A DNA stretch of 64,000 bases from Macrostomum lignano (Eukaryota), in NCBI GenBank assembly GCA_002269645.1, contig NIVC01000353.1:558001-622000 (forward strand), in the 5' to 3' direction. Below are positions 1 to 11,325 of the stretch, piece after piece. Positions within the stretch are counted from its first letter, which is position 1. Each line of letters starts with the position of its first letter. The position numbers and the translations under genes are program-made. The notes under the pieces are model-generated. The model did not search any database and was not told the origin of the DNA. It saw only the letters and a program-made list of their open reading frames with translations.

Positions 1-522
1 TAGGTGATAAGGATTTGCGCTTTTGCTTACTTGCTTTTGTGTGCCAATCTCGAGGCAGAAGTGTCAGTTAATATTAAAAGTAGCAATTTGCTCTAACTCA
101 ATCTAAAGTGTTTAGGATTGCGGATTAAGTGAGAAAGTTAAATCTGGAAGTTAAAGACTTAGCGTTTTCTTTCTTTTTCGCAATGCCAGCTGAGATGAGC
201 GGCTAAATCTAGAGGCAGAGGTCACGGTGGACCGGAAGCGGCACAGTTCCCAGTCAATCAGACAATCTAAGAAATCATTATGTTAAGCATGCACATTAAG
301 TGCCAGACTGGCGCTTTGGCGCGGTCACAGGCAGTTAAGCGGCTAAAGTAAGTTAAATATTAGTCTAACGATCTCCGAAAGTGACAATGCATCTACATCA
401 TCGCTATCCGTCGACGTGTTAACACATTTAGTGCCAAAAGCGTGCAGTTACGTGTACTTATACATGTACACGTATAGGATATTCCTAAGCTAGTGAGAAA
501 TTCCTAAGCCAGCCTACTGAGA

Positions 523-569
523 ATTTCATTACCAAATTCCCAGATCTTCTGGGAATTTGGTAATGAAAT
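523..569. repeat. Perfect 22-bp inverted repeat (hairpin) with 3-nt loop
   Basis: ATTTCATTACCAAATTCCCAGA (523-544) is the exact reverse complement of TCTGGGAATTTGGTAATGAAAT (548-569). Confidence 0.9.
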
Positions 570-2956
570 AGTACATTTAGTAGTGTATGAAGGCTCGCCA
601 GCGCAAGAACCCCCTGCAGAAGTCCTCTCTGTCCCTGCATGGCCAATGCGATCTTAGTCCCAGAAGCGTCCCTTCTATTCGGCTATGACTTCGAGATTTA
701 GAAAGCTAAAAGGCACTATATGGCAGGTGAGTGCAGTGCCCCTCTAGTCGGAAGTCCGATTTCGATAGCTCCGGTTTGGTGAGCCGGGGCGCACGGACTG
801 GTGGCAGCGAGTTATTTGACCCGCGGGTTAGCTAATTTCTACCTTTCAAATTCTCCCTGCTTGTCTCTCGCTGTCTTCTCCTAGCTATAGGACCTTGCTG
901 CTCGCCCACAATCTAGCTACCATGGGGCTGACCATCTGACAGGAGTGAGAGGCCAGAGCTCTTAGTGATTCATTTCTGAGTTCTGAGGCCCGAAGCTACA
1001 GGCTTAAAAAGGCCGAACCCATCAATTGTACCAAGGACCACTCCTTGGATTGTACTTCTAGTCTTCAACGTGTTAACCAGCCTCGATTTCGTAGCGCTGA
1101 TGATAGACCAACTCGAACTTTAGAGATCGCATGATTCATTAACCGAGCCGCTTGGCAAATCTATAGAGTGGCATTCGCTAACTGATTTGATAGACTGGTC
1201 GACTGAGAACTGCCTTGCCGTTGGTCCACTGTGACCGGCGCCTGCTAATTTAGCTCCTCATCTGAGCCATCAGCAAAAAATGAATAAAACTGATAAAATA
1301 ACTGTCAGATTTTTAACTTTCTCACTAAAACACTTCGCACTTCAAATTGAATTGGAGTAGTTAGACTACTAACAGTATTATTGAATCATTTCTGCCTCAA
1401 ATACAGCACTGCTTAGCAAAATAAGCAAAAGTGTGCGCCTAATCCAGCTACTGAAATAGAGGACAGATAAGAAATCACCCAATCACCCAAGTGTAGGTAG
1501 CTCCTCAGTAGCTCCTCCCAACCAATCAGAAACTCAAGAGCCGGAGTTTCACAGTGATTCACAGTGACCGAATCGGATTAGTGCCTTCCCAGCTGTAGGC
1601 CTGGGATGATGTCGTCGCGGTCTTCGCAGGTAATCAGCAGATTATGAACTTAGCTTCGATGATGTCGACTGGGGAAGACGTCCTTGATGATGAGGGGAGA
1701 TTTCGCAATCCGAGGATCAAGAAACAACGGTCGAACTAACGCAACTCGAAGGAATCGAGGTACCGGAGGCCGGAGCGGTTTAAGTTAGCGCCAACTGCAC
1801 CGCAGTTTGTTAAAATGGAACACATCGACGCTGATTGGTGGAGCCGATTTGTTAGAACTGATGCCGAATTCTTTTATTGGTACGTGGAGCCTGTTGCCAC
1901 CCGTGATCAAAAGATCACACCAGTTCTCTCGGGATCACAAAAATACGCCAGGTGCTCACATAAATCACTCAAAATGGCTACGTTATGATTTATGGGTTTT
2001 CGCGTAGGAATCACTAAAATTAAAAAATATGCACTAGAAAGGTCTCATTAAATAGAAAGTGAATACGATGAAGAGAAATTGATAATCACGGATCCCAAAG
2101 TACTTTTAGGGGTAAAACGCATAGCTGTCAGAGCTGTCAAGCATCTGAGACAACGAGAACAATATAGGCCTTGACCTCATAATTCTGATAACCTGTCTTG
2201 AAAAATGATAAAAAAATATCATCTGAGACCGGCCGTCCCCTGATCCGATGTTGATTTGTGATTTTCAAATTATTTCTTCAGATTTAATACTAAGGATTAC
2301 AAGTTTTATATTTTCCTGCTATCTTTGATCTGCCTATACATTGACAGAAAGACTTTCAAACACACTGGACTGTAAAAGGCCCTATTGAGTGCGAGACTCA
2401 TGTCTCAAAAAGTGAAAATTCTCAGTAACCTAATGTTATTCAAGGCAGTGTATTTTATATAGTCAACAACAACTTCATAGGCACAGTGCAAAAGCAATTA
2501 TATTGCCTATAACAACCGTTGTTATAGGCAACCCCCAAAGCATTTGCTGCGTGTCTTCTGTGCCACGCGTTCGCAGCTAGGCTGCTGCATGGCTTGGCCC
2601 TCAAAATTTTCCTGTGGACATTGAGGTCGGTCGGCTATAGTCTAGAGCTAGAGAGCTTGTCTCTTTGGATAGCTTCGGTCCGAGATCACAAGTAGAGGTA
2701 GATCGAGTTAAATTCTTATCATATCTATACTTTATTTCACTTTCTTGCCGTTCTTTTAATTTATTTTACTTAGGTGCCTTATCTCTAAGTTCTGTTTCCA
2801 GTCTTTTAGCTTTGGCTTTGCATGTACCTCTGACGACCTTTTAATGATCTTATTGTTTGCTAATTTCAAATCCCTATACGCCGTTTTTCCCGCTCCGCTG
2901 TGAGCACTTTTCCTGGGCTTACATGGCTCAAGCAGCGGTTGTTGAGTCCATGTATT

Positions 2957-3212
2957 CAGAGGCGTGGGGGGGACAGGAGGGACACATAGCTACATATGGG
3001 GGGGCATGCCAATGCTTTGTGCCTCCCACCCCACCTTGAGACCCATTGTGGTAGAAATAAATAATTTTGCTTTCGGGGTGCCAAAATATAGCACCAGAGA
3101 TTCTCAAAATATATGTACATGTAGGAATTTAGACATGTACATGTACATGTAAAATTTTTGCTTTGCCAACCCCCCCCCCTCACAAAAAGATTCATACATG
3201 ACAACGCCCCTG
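2957..3212. mobile_element. Non-autonomous hAT-like MITE
   Basis: Termini CAGAGGCGT / ACGCCCCTG (1 mismatch). Exact 8-bp target-site duplication CATGTATT at 2949-2956 and 3213-3220; 8-bp TSDs are typical of hAT elements. A diverged homolog of the right end, with the same flank, is at ~15100-15191. Confidence 0.75.
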
Positions 3213-4541
3213 CATGTATTTGAATAACAAAACAAGTATAGCGACGCGTTTACATGTACAATACTCATCTTTTATTATATTTCGTCTCGTCTGTGCCTTT
3301 GGTGGCCACCAATTGAGTCGTCTTTTATAGCTTTCGCGCTTTTTTGTATATTTTGAACGTTTTCGCATATGGTTTTTGGTTGGCCTGGATCCTAGCGCGC
3401 AGCTCTCAGTCATTTAGTTCCATGTTCGTTGACTTGCCCTAGGAATGGCGTCTTTCATTCCCGCACTGTAAAAGAAGTCGAGCACAAGCACAGTATTTGT
3501 GTACAGCCTAATCTGAAAATGCAAGTGAGCACACATTTGTGCGCATGTATGCATTGGTAGATGTACTTGCACAAGGGTTAAGTGAAAAATTCCCTGGAAA
3601 TAGCAGAGAGGCTATAAAGTAACATCTGAGGTAACACGTTTACAGGTAGCGCGTGTATTATATGTATATCACAACTTCTTAAAGTTAACTGCTCAAAGTA
3701 TTATTTTCGTATCAAATTAGTCATAAAATCGAGTGTAAGAGATAGCTAGATCTTATATTTTCTAACCATAGATCCGATTGAGACAGCCTTCGCAGTTATC
3801 TCAGTGGAAGGGAATTTTTGTACGATGGAGCTGAAAATCTATTCATTTGGAGTTTGACCATAAACAAAATATTCACTTCAAGTTCGTGCTAATTGCTATG
3901 ACTGTGTGTTTGTAGTAGACAAAAGAGTTCAGCCACCTATAGATGCTGAGTTCGGATCAAAGCAGAGCCAGTGCCACTTCATCATGGCATGCCAACGGCA
4001 AGGCAATTAGGCAAAACGGCAGCGCAGACCTTCGATGAGGTTCGCCATGCCTTTGGTGTTCATGCTCTTGGCCGCACCCGATTTTTTGAGCATCTCCGCG
4101 ACTCGCTGCTGGTGTCACCTGTGTCACCCTTCACCGTTTCCTGTTGTTTCTCAGTTTCAAATTTCAACCAAATCAGACGAAAATTTCCATAATGGCAGGC
4201 TTTAGTCCGAAAATTTTGCAGCATCCCTCCCTTGTAATTCAGACATGCATGCAAATAAGTTAAATAAAATGCTATTCAATCGAACTAAGAATGGTGCATG
4301 CACTGCAGAGACTACTGACGAAATTGAGTTCAGTAGTAGTTGACAACTTTGTTGTCGCGAGTTGCATTTTTTTCACATTAACTTTTAATGTCCACATACG
4401 AGTACGTGGTTAATGAGTGGCTTATCTTGTGTATATATGAGTGTGACTCTAAAGAAGACCAATTTTTTTGAATTAGTTACTTATGCATTGAAATAACGTC
4501 CATCTATCTAAATAAAAACAGCATATTTTACACATTGCAGT

Positions 4542-7500
4542 ATGCAGCGTCCGAGGGGCGCCGCCTCAGGAGTGCGACGACAAGCCACCAGCAGTCCACA
4601 GGAACTCTTCAGCGTGCAGATTACTGGCCTGCCACCCGGCGTGTCCAGTCAGAGCCTAGTCGATCGGTTCCGACAGTCGGCAGGTCAGTTCGTGATTCTT
4701 CCCGAGCCCAAGCAGCGGGACAAGACTGCCTGGTGCGCTTATCTAAATGGACTCACGGAAAGCGAGGCAGAAAGTTTTCAGGAAAGATGGAATAATAAAA
4801 CATTTCCCGGTGTAAAGCACCCTATAGGATGCAAAACAAGCTCGTCAAAATTGAAGGGAAGTGACAATAATAAAGGCAAGGCCACCCAACCGCAGCCTTT
4901 GATATACACCGTGGAATTATCCGGACTTCCGCCAAATGCATCGACCAAGTTTCTGGCCGCGACATTCAAGCAGAGCGCCGAGAAATTTGTGGTGCTCCCA
5001 GAGTCGAAGCAGCGGGACAAGAATGCTTGGTGCGCTTATCTAAATGACCTTTCCGAGTCTGAGGCACACAAATTTACACGGAAGTATGACAGTTTCAAAA
5101 TAGGCAATAACAAATTTGTAGTGAAGTGTAAACTGATTTTCAAAGCTGACCGTCGTACTGAAGATCGTTCTAGATTGCATGGAGACACACTACGCCAGCA
5201 AACTGAGAAGCTCGGCGCCGAGGCCTCAAGCTCGCAGTCTTCCGTGAGCACTACCCAGAGTGAGACTACCAATCATGATAAAGGCATTTTATGCAAGTAC
5301 AATATTTTGGGCACATGTAAATTTGACAATGACTGTAAGCACATTCATATGTCTTGTCCGATGGAAGAAGATTGCGACGATGATGAGTGTTGCCTGGGTC
5401 ACCCTGCGAACGTTAAAACGCAGATTGGTCGTAGCGTGGGTCGCAGACTGGTCTTGTGCAATCTCTTTCGATTCGGAGCTTGTCGATACGAATCAGAATG
5501 CCGCTTCCAGCACTTAGACTGTCCGTTATCCGAGTTATGCGAGGATTCCTGCTGCTTTTTTGGGCACCCACAAGGCTGGGGAAGCGATTTCTCTGATCCA
5601 AACGAGTGCTCTGTGGATTGCGACCAGTACGACTGCACGAAGAGCCACCCAGTTGGTCGCACAAAGCGCTGTCAATTCGGCGATAAGTGCACCAAATTTG
5701 AGTGCAGCTTCCTGCACTCCGAGAAGCGTCAGGCTTGCGAATTCGCCGAGGACTGTCAGGATTTCGACTGTCCAAAGTTGCACCCAGCATCTCGTGAGAA
5801 TCCTTGCGAAGAAGGAGCCAAGTGCCTGAAATTTGACTGCAAAAAACTGCACCCAGCTTCTAGAGAGCTATGCGAGAAGGGAAAGCTGTGCACTGAGTAT
5901 GAGTGCGAGAAACTGCACGAAGCTGGTAGACGTAAAAAATGCAAGCGGAGAGATCGTTGCAAGCTGCCCTTCTGTCCATGGCTTCATCCGAAAAACCGGA
6001 GCAGGCAATTTTGCGATTGGGGCGAGTCGTGCGACGACTTCAATTGCGCATTGGTGCATCCGCCTGGTCGATGCAGTCCCTGCAAGTACGGAGACCGGTG
6101 TTGGAATCACATTTGCGAATGCCTACATCCCGAGGCTTGGAACCCTTGCCCCAACGGTCTAGCCTGTCGCGATGTCGCTTGCGATTGCTCGCACTCTCCG
6201 AGACGCCCCAAACCGTGTACTCAAGGAAGCGACTGCAGGAACAGAGATTGTGCAGGTTTACACCCAGGTATGAGTAGCGTTTCGAAGGCGCCGCTTCAGA
6301 GAAGCTCAGCGCTTAAATCGGATCACCAGCGAAGAATTGACAGAGAAGCGAACCGCTTGCCAGTACTGAACTATCGAGAACAGTTCCTTGAACGGCTTCA
6401 AAATGAAAAAGTTCTGATTGTAAGGGCAGAGACAGGAAGTGGAAAGACCACCCAGCTGCCGCAGTACGCAGCGGAGTGCTTCGGAGGCCTTGTTATCTGC
6501 ACACAGCCTCGCGTGATGGCGGCGGTCTCGATTGCGCATCGAGTGGCCCAAGAATTCGACGGATGCGATGTCGGAGAGTCAGTCGGGTACAAAGTCGGTG
6601 GCGAGAACAGTGCACCAGGCTCTGGCATAATGTTCATGACAGAGTCGTGTCTCATTCGGTATTGCCAAAGCAATGAATCATTGGACAATGTGTCAGTGCT
6701 AATCGTCGATGAAGCTCACGAGCGATCGCTGAATGTTGACATTGTTCTTGGACTTGCCAAGCTCATTCGCATCAAGAGACCTGACAATTTCTATGTTGTG
6801 ATAGCATCGGCCACGATCGATCCACAGTTGTTTCGAGATTTCTTCAACTGCGGCGTCCTTGACATTCCAGGAAGAATGTACGATGTCTCACTGCAGTACA
6901 TTCCTCCGGCTTTTGATTCAAACCCGGATGTGTTTATCAAAAGTCATCTGGTGCCAAGTCTGATTAAAGCGCTGCGAGACCACAGCGACGGTTATGCGCT
7001 CGTCTTTCTGCCCGGAGAGCGGGAAATCCAGCAGGCCATCAAGGCGTTTCAGCAGCAGCAGACGGAAGACAACTGCGTGGCACTGCCTCTGTACGGGTCT
7101 CTTCCTCGGGAGGAGCAGGTCAAGGTTCTGGACTTCAAGCCGAGTCAAGACTCCGATCGCTTAGTGGTGTTTTGCACTAATGTTGCTGAGACGTCACTGA
7201 CAATCAACGGAGTCAGGTTGGTGGTCGACTCCGGTCTGGCGAAGGAGTCACGCTTTGACGCAAAGAGGCGCATCACAGTGTTGGAGCTGCGGCAGATTTC
7301 GCAGTCAGCCGCCAACCAGAGAAAGGGTCGAGCGGGACGAACTGCACCAGGTCACTGTGTTCGGCTGTACTCTGAGGACGTTTTAAAGAGCGCTGAGTTT
7401 GTTCCCGAAATTCTGCGGTCCTCGTTGGATCTGGTCGTTCTGCTGTTGATCAAACTAAAGTTAAAGCCGCTCGAGTTTCCATTTCTGGACAAGCCAAATG

Positions 7501-10500
7501 AAGAAATGCTGATTCACTCGTACCAAACTTTGATGGATCTTGGATGCCTGTCCGGAGTTGAGTCGCTGTCAAATGCAGGTGAACTGTTTGCAGAACTCGG
7601 GCTCGATCCACGTTTGAGTGCTTTCATTGTCAGGGCCCACCAGCCCTTCGGTCAGTTAGAATTGGCGGTTACGGTTGCCTGCATCCTCACAGCCCCTGGC
7701 AGTATATTCTTCCTTGGACGCGACAAGGAGAAGAAAGAGGGACTGCAGAAAAGAGCATTAGAAGCATTTGCTCACGAAAGCGACATTCTCTACGAAGTCA
7801 GTGTCTATGATTCGTGGTCTAACGCCGGAAATTGATCAACGGAAGGTGCAAAAGCTGCGGAAAAGTGGCAAAAAAGTTCCAGAATAGTTGTAGGTCATGT
7901 CGGGTTGGACACAGCAACTCAAACAGGCTCAATAACAAGGTCATGGAGCACATTGAGAAGTCGCGAACCTCTTTCTTGAAGGCTATAAAGAAAAGTAAAT
8001 GGTACTTAGAGCTTCAAAAGGTTGAGAGCAGCTATGAAGACCCAATTCAAGCTGTTGGAAGCTGTCTCGAGCAGGTGATTCCGGAACAGGTGACATGTCT
8101 GTTGGTAAAGCATCTGCCGTCAGAGGGCATGAAGATTGTTGACTCAAATATCCGAGCTAGGATTTCGAACACATCGGTGTTTGCACAACGCCCCCAGGAC
8201 TGTGAGTACTTCGTTGCAGTACGAGTTAGGCAGATGGTGTCCGGTATGTACATCGTGGATGGGCTGCACCCACTCAAAGATCCGACGACTGTGTCTGATA
8301 GAAGGTCGCATCCTTTAGAAAAGATATTTACGGAGGCCAATGCGAGCTCGAACTTGTTTAAGACAGTCAATTCGAAAATCAATGAAGAATCGTCACAGAT
8401 CTCGGAAGAACAACGAAGGTGGATTGTACTGTCGCACAATGCGGATGAAGCAAGCATCGATGTCTACGCAAGAGCTTCGGAAAGTTCCGAACTTCGTTCC
8501 AAGCTGAAGTCTTTAATTGACAATTCGAAGCTGACATATTTACAAGAACAACATGTGCTTGAAACGAAGGGGTTCAGAGCTACATTTCTATGTGGCCTTC
8601 AAGTAAAAGAGGTATATATTTGTACTTCGAATCGTACTGAGAAAGAAGTGCCATCATCGAAGAACGAAGTTGCCACAGACTCAGCTGAAAGTGACAAAGG
8701 ACTGGCTCAACTTCTGATATCCGCTCCCAGCGGCTTTGAAGAGGAGACTATTCGAGCACACAGTGACTCGATTGCAAAGATCCATCACACCAATAAGCGC
8801 AGACGGCGCCAGGAAAATTTTAAAGTCTTAATTTCGAATATGCCAGCAAATTGGACAGAGTCTGATGTGAAAGGTCTCATTAGGAAATCAGGACGTTTGA
8901 ACACCGTAGACTCGATTCGCATTTTGTCACGTGCTCCAGCTCCACCGGGAATCGGGGCTTCGAGGGCGCTTTTAACACTAAACAGTGAAACAGAGCGCGA
9001 CAATCTGATGAAATCATTGAGTACAGTTTTGTGCAACATCGGACCGTTTTCTATTAGTCTTAATAGTAAAAAGAACGGCGGAACCTTCGTTAAACAGGTT
9101 TCACCTGAAATAAAGCCTTGGGAAGATAAAACTACTCGTACAACTATTCCGGAACTATTTTTGTCAAGTTTAGCGAATCAAAACATGCAGTCGAATTTTA
9201 CAACAAGATTCGTGCAGGTTCAATCGCTGGCTGCTCTGCAGAATGGACTGAATCTGTTTTCATCAGCCATCCTGACCTTTTTCCGGACCTAAACAGCCTC
9301 ATTGAGCGGTCTGGCGATCCCACTGTAAAGAGTGCGAGCGTTCCGAAGCCTGACAAAACATTAGAAATCCGACTGTCCGGTCCGCAGCATGACAAGATAA
9401 AATTGGTAGCGAACAAGCTCCGAAGTCTGTTCTCCTCAATAACTATTCGGCACGTATCCAACAAAGAGAAAACACTTTTCTACGAAATCAAGAAGACTGG
9501 TCTGTTCGATGCCTGGGCCAAGGAACTCAATTTGGTGTGCGAATTCCGAGACGATTGGAACTTCCGGGTATTTGGTTCGAAAGTAAGCCAAGGCTCTCTC
9601 ATGCGAAAAATTGCTGACGAGTTCACGAAAATCGAGAGCCGCTACCGTCTGATACCTCTGAATGCTGCGACTGCCCAGCTGTTACGAAATGGGCTTGCCG
9701 GAGACTCCAAATTGAAGGCGCTGCAACGAAAATGGGACGAACGTTGCTTCATCAAGTTTCTGTTCCACACCTCGGAGATTGAGCTATTTGCTAGAAAAGA
9801 TTCTTCGGTTCTTTCAGATTGCGAGAAAGAGGTGAACGATCTCGTTGCTGAACTTGGAAGCAAAAATAAACTTAGCCAAAAGACGTGCGTTATCTGCAGA
9901 TCAAAGGCAGCAGTCGAAAATTTCTTCATATGCGGACACCCGTACTGCAAGTGCATTGAAAACTGGCTCCAAAGCGTCTCTGCAGCCTCAATCTGCTGTC
10001 CGAAATGCCAGACACCAATCACCATAGGAGAAATTCGCAAACTCACTGGTGACAACTTTGAGAAGCTTGCAATACGTCAGGTTGCTCAGCATGTGGCTCA
10101 GGATCCTTCAATGAAACTTGCTCGCTGTATCATTAAAGACTGCCATGGATTCGTTAATAAAGGCTCGTACGAAAGTTGCGCTTGCTGTGAACACTGGGTG
10201 TGTGTTGACTGCAAGGTTGCAGACGATGTAATGCATAGAGGTTTGAGCTGCTCAGAGTTCAAAAAAGCATCTACAGATAAGGAACCAGTTTCTCGGCTGA
10301 TTAAAGCAGCAGAAGTCTATGTCAGACAGAACTGGCCTGCCGACATGCCACCGATCTGTGCGATCGACGTCAACCCTGGACTGCTTAGCAATCCTCCAAT
10401 TCCCGCGTACAAAACTTTTCACCGCGGCTTGTTGTCACTGAATCGGGGCATATTGCACGAGTCAGACGGTATCTTCGCCTTTCACGGAAGCAGCAGTGAG

Positions 10501-11325
10501 GCACTGAGACAAATCTGCCACTCGGGATTCGATCCTAAAAGGAGGTCAGGCCAAGCTTGCGGCCCGGGAGAGTATTTCGGAGTGACTCCCAGCATCTCTA
10601 GAGGTTACTCGAGAAACTGCGGCGCGATGATCGTCGCTTTTCTCTTGAACGGAGGTCCGATTACACACAGACAAGGCTTTTGCTATGTGGTTAAAAACCC
10701 AACAGACGGCTCAAAGTCTTTTAATTTGCCTGTCTTAGTGGTGTACTTTGACTCATCAACTCCTCGATTGGACTTCATTAAGCCAGTAGCCAACCAGTCT
10801 CAAATATCCGAATCATTTGAAAACGACAACTGGCGATCTCCGTTTCGGTGGCACTGGCAGAAAGATGGCGGCGGATTTGAACCCTACACGGATGAATTTA
10901 ATCGCTTGCTTGAATCGCAATACGATGCGTACAGAATGCACAGCGGACCGGCGCAGTTCACCACACCGCCTATTAGGCGTTACATAGACGACACTCCGCA
11001 ACCGTACACTGTGAACTTCTCGGCTAACACACAGAGGAACGCGAAAACTGGTTACGTTCGGTCTATCCAACGTCAGAAAGTGGACATCAACGTCAGCGTC
11101 AGCACTACTTGGCAGTACCAAAACGAGAACGGCATCTGGCAGCCATTTGAAAGCTTAGTACAGCGTCAAATTCAGCAGGCATATGTAGCCTACACGAGTG
11201 GCTCTGGCAGCTGCAAAGCGAGAGTCCAGTTTCCAGGGCGGCCGGAAACCTACGAGCTGGACTTCCTTCAAGGCCAGCAGACCAACTTGCAGAGCGGAAC
11301 AAAGCGTCCCATTAGAAAAAACTGA
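4542..11325 (+). CDS. Multidomain RRM-CCCH-DEAH helicase-RING/IBR-PARP-WWE protein, copy 1 (2,261 aa after repairing two 1-bp deletions)
   Basis: ORFs 4542-7835, 7832-9292 and 9403-11325 are collinear with copy 2. Helicase motifs are intact: ETGSGKTTQ (6429), TQPR, DEAH (6708), SAT, FLPG, TNVAETSLT, QRKGRAGR. There are 14 CCCH fingers (5292-6263), RING (9886) plus IBR, PARP HGS (10483) and GEYF (10573), and two WWE domains. Frameshifts are at A-run 7829-7831 and T-run 9158-9162. Length 6784+2 is divisible by 3. Confidence 0.9.
4605..5140 (+). other. Two tandem RRM-like repeats (copy 1)
   Basis: Internal repeat VQITGLPP...KQRDKTAWCAYLNGL / VELSGLPP...KQRDKNAWCAYLNDL resembles degenerate RNP2/RNP1 motifs. 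Boundaries are approximate. Confidence 0.6.
5292..6263 (+). other. Array of 14 CCCH zinc fingers (copy 1; copy 2 at 20282-21253)
   Basis: Two C-x7-C-x5-C-x3-H fingers, eleven C-x5-C-x4-C-x3-H (Nab2/ZC3H14-like spacing) and one C-x3-C-x4-C-x3-H, counted from the translation. Confidence 0.9.
9886..10260 (+). other. RING1-like plus IBR zinc domains (copy 1; copy 2 starts at 24865)
   Basis: CVIC-x11-CGHPYCKC...CPKC, followed by C-x4-C...CACC...CVDC...HRGLSC. No RING2/Rcat follows. Confidence 0.75.
10300..10750 (+). other. ADP-ribosyltransferase (PARP catalytic) domain (copy 1)
   Basis: AFHGSSSEALRQICHSGFDP...GQA(C/Y)GPGEYF...SISRGY...FCYVV...LPVLVVYF matches the PARP/ARTD signature order. Boundaries are approximate. 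Confidence 0.85.
10843..11322 (+). other. Tandem WWE domains (copy 1; copy 2 from 25822)
   Basis: FRWHWQKDGGGFEPYTDEFNRLLESQY...YTVNFSANTQRN...VRSIQR and TWQYQNENGIWQPF...YELDFLQGQQTN...KRPIRK. Confidence 0.85.

Noticed and set aside
880-2010. Possible decayed LINE reverse transcriptase on the minus strand (…STIQGVVLGT…) and ORF 1807-2007
   Set aside because: Only one weak motif resemblance amid stops. It needs a profile search before any call.
7829-9162. Programmed -1 ribosomal frameshifting to express the full fusion
   Set aside because: None of the three sites has an X XXY YYZ heptamer, and the sites differ between the paralogs. Sequencing error or recent mutation is simpler.
4778-11302. 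Antisense and alternative-frame ORFs within the large genes
   Set aside because: They are shadow ORFs of a long coding region with no recognisable motifs.
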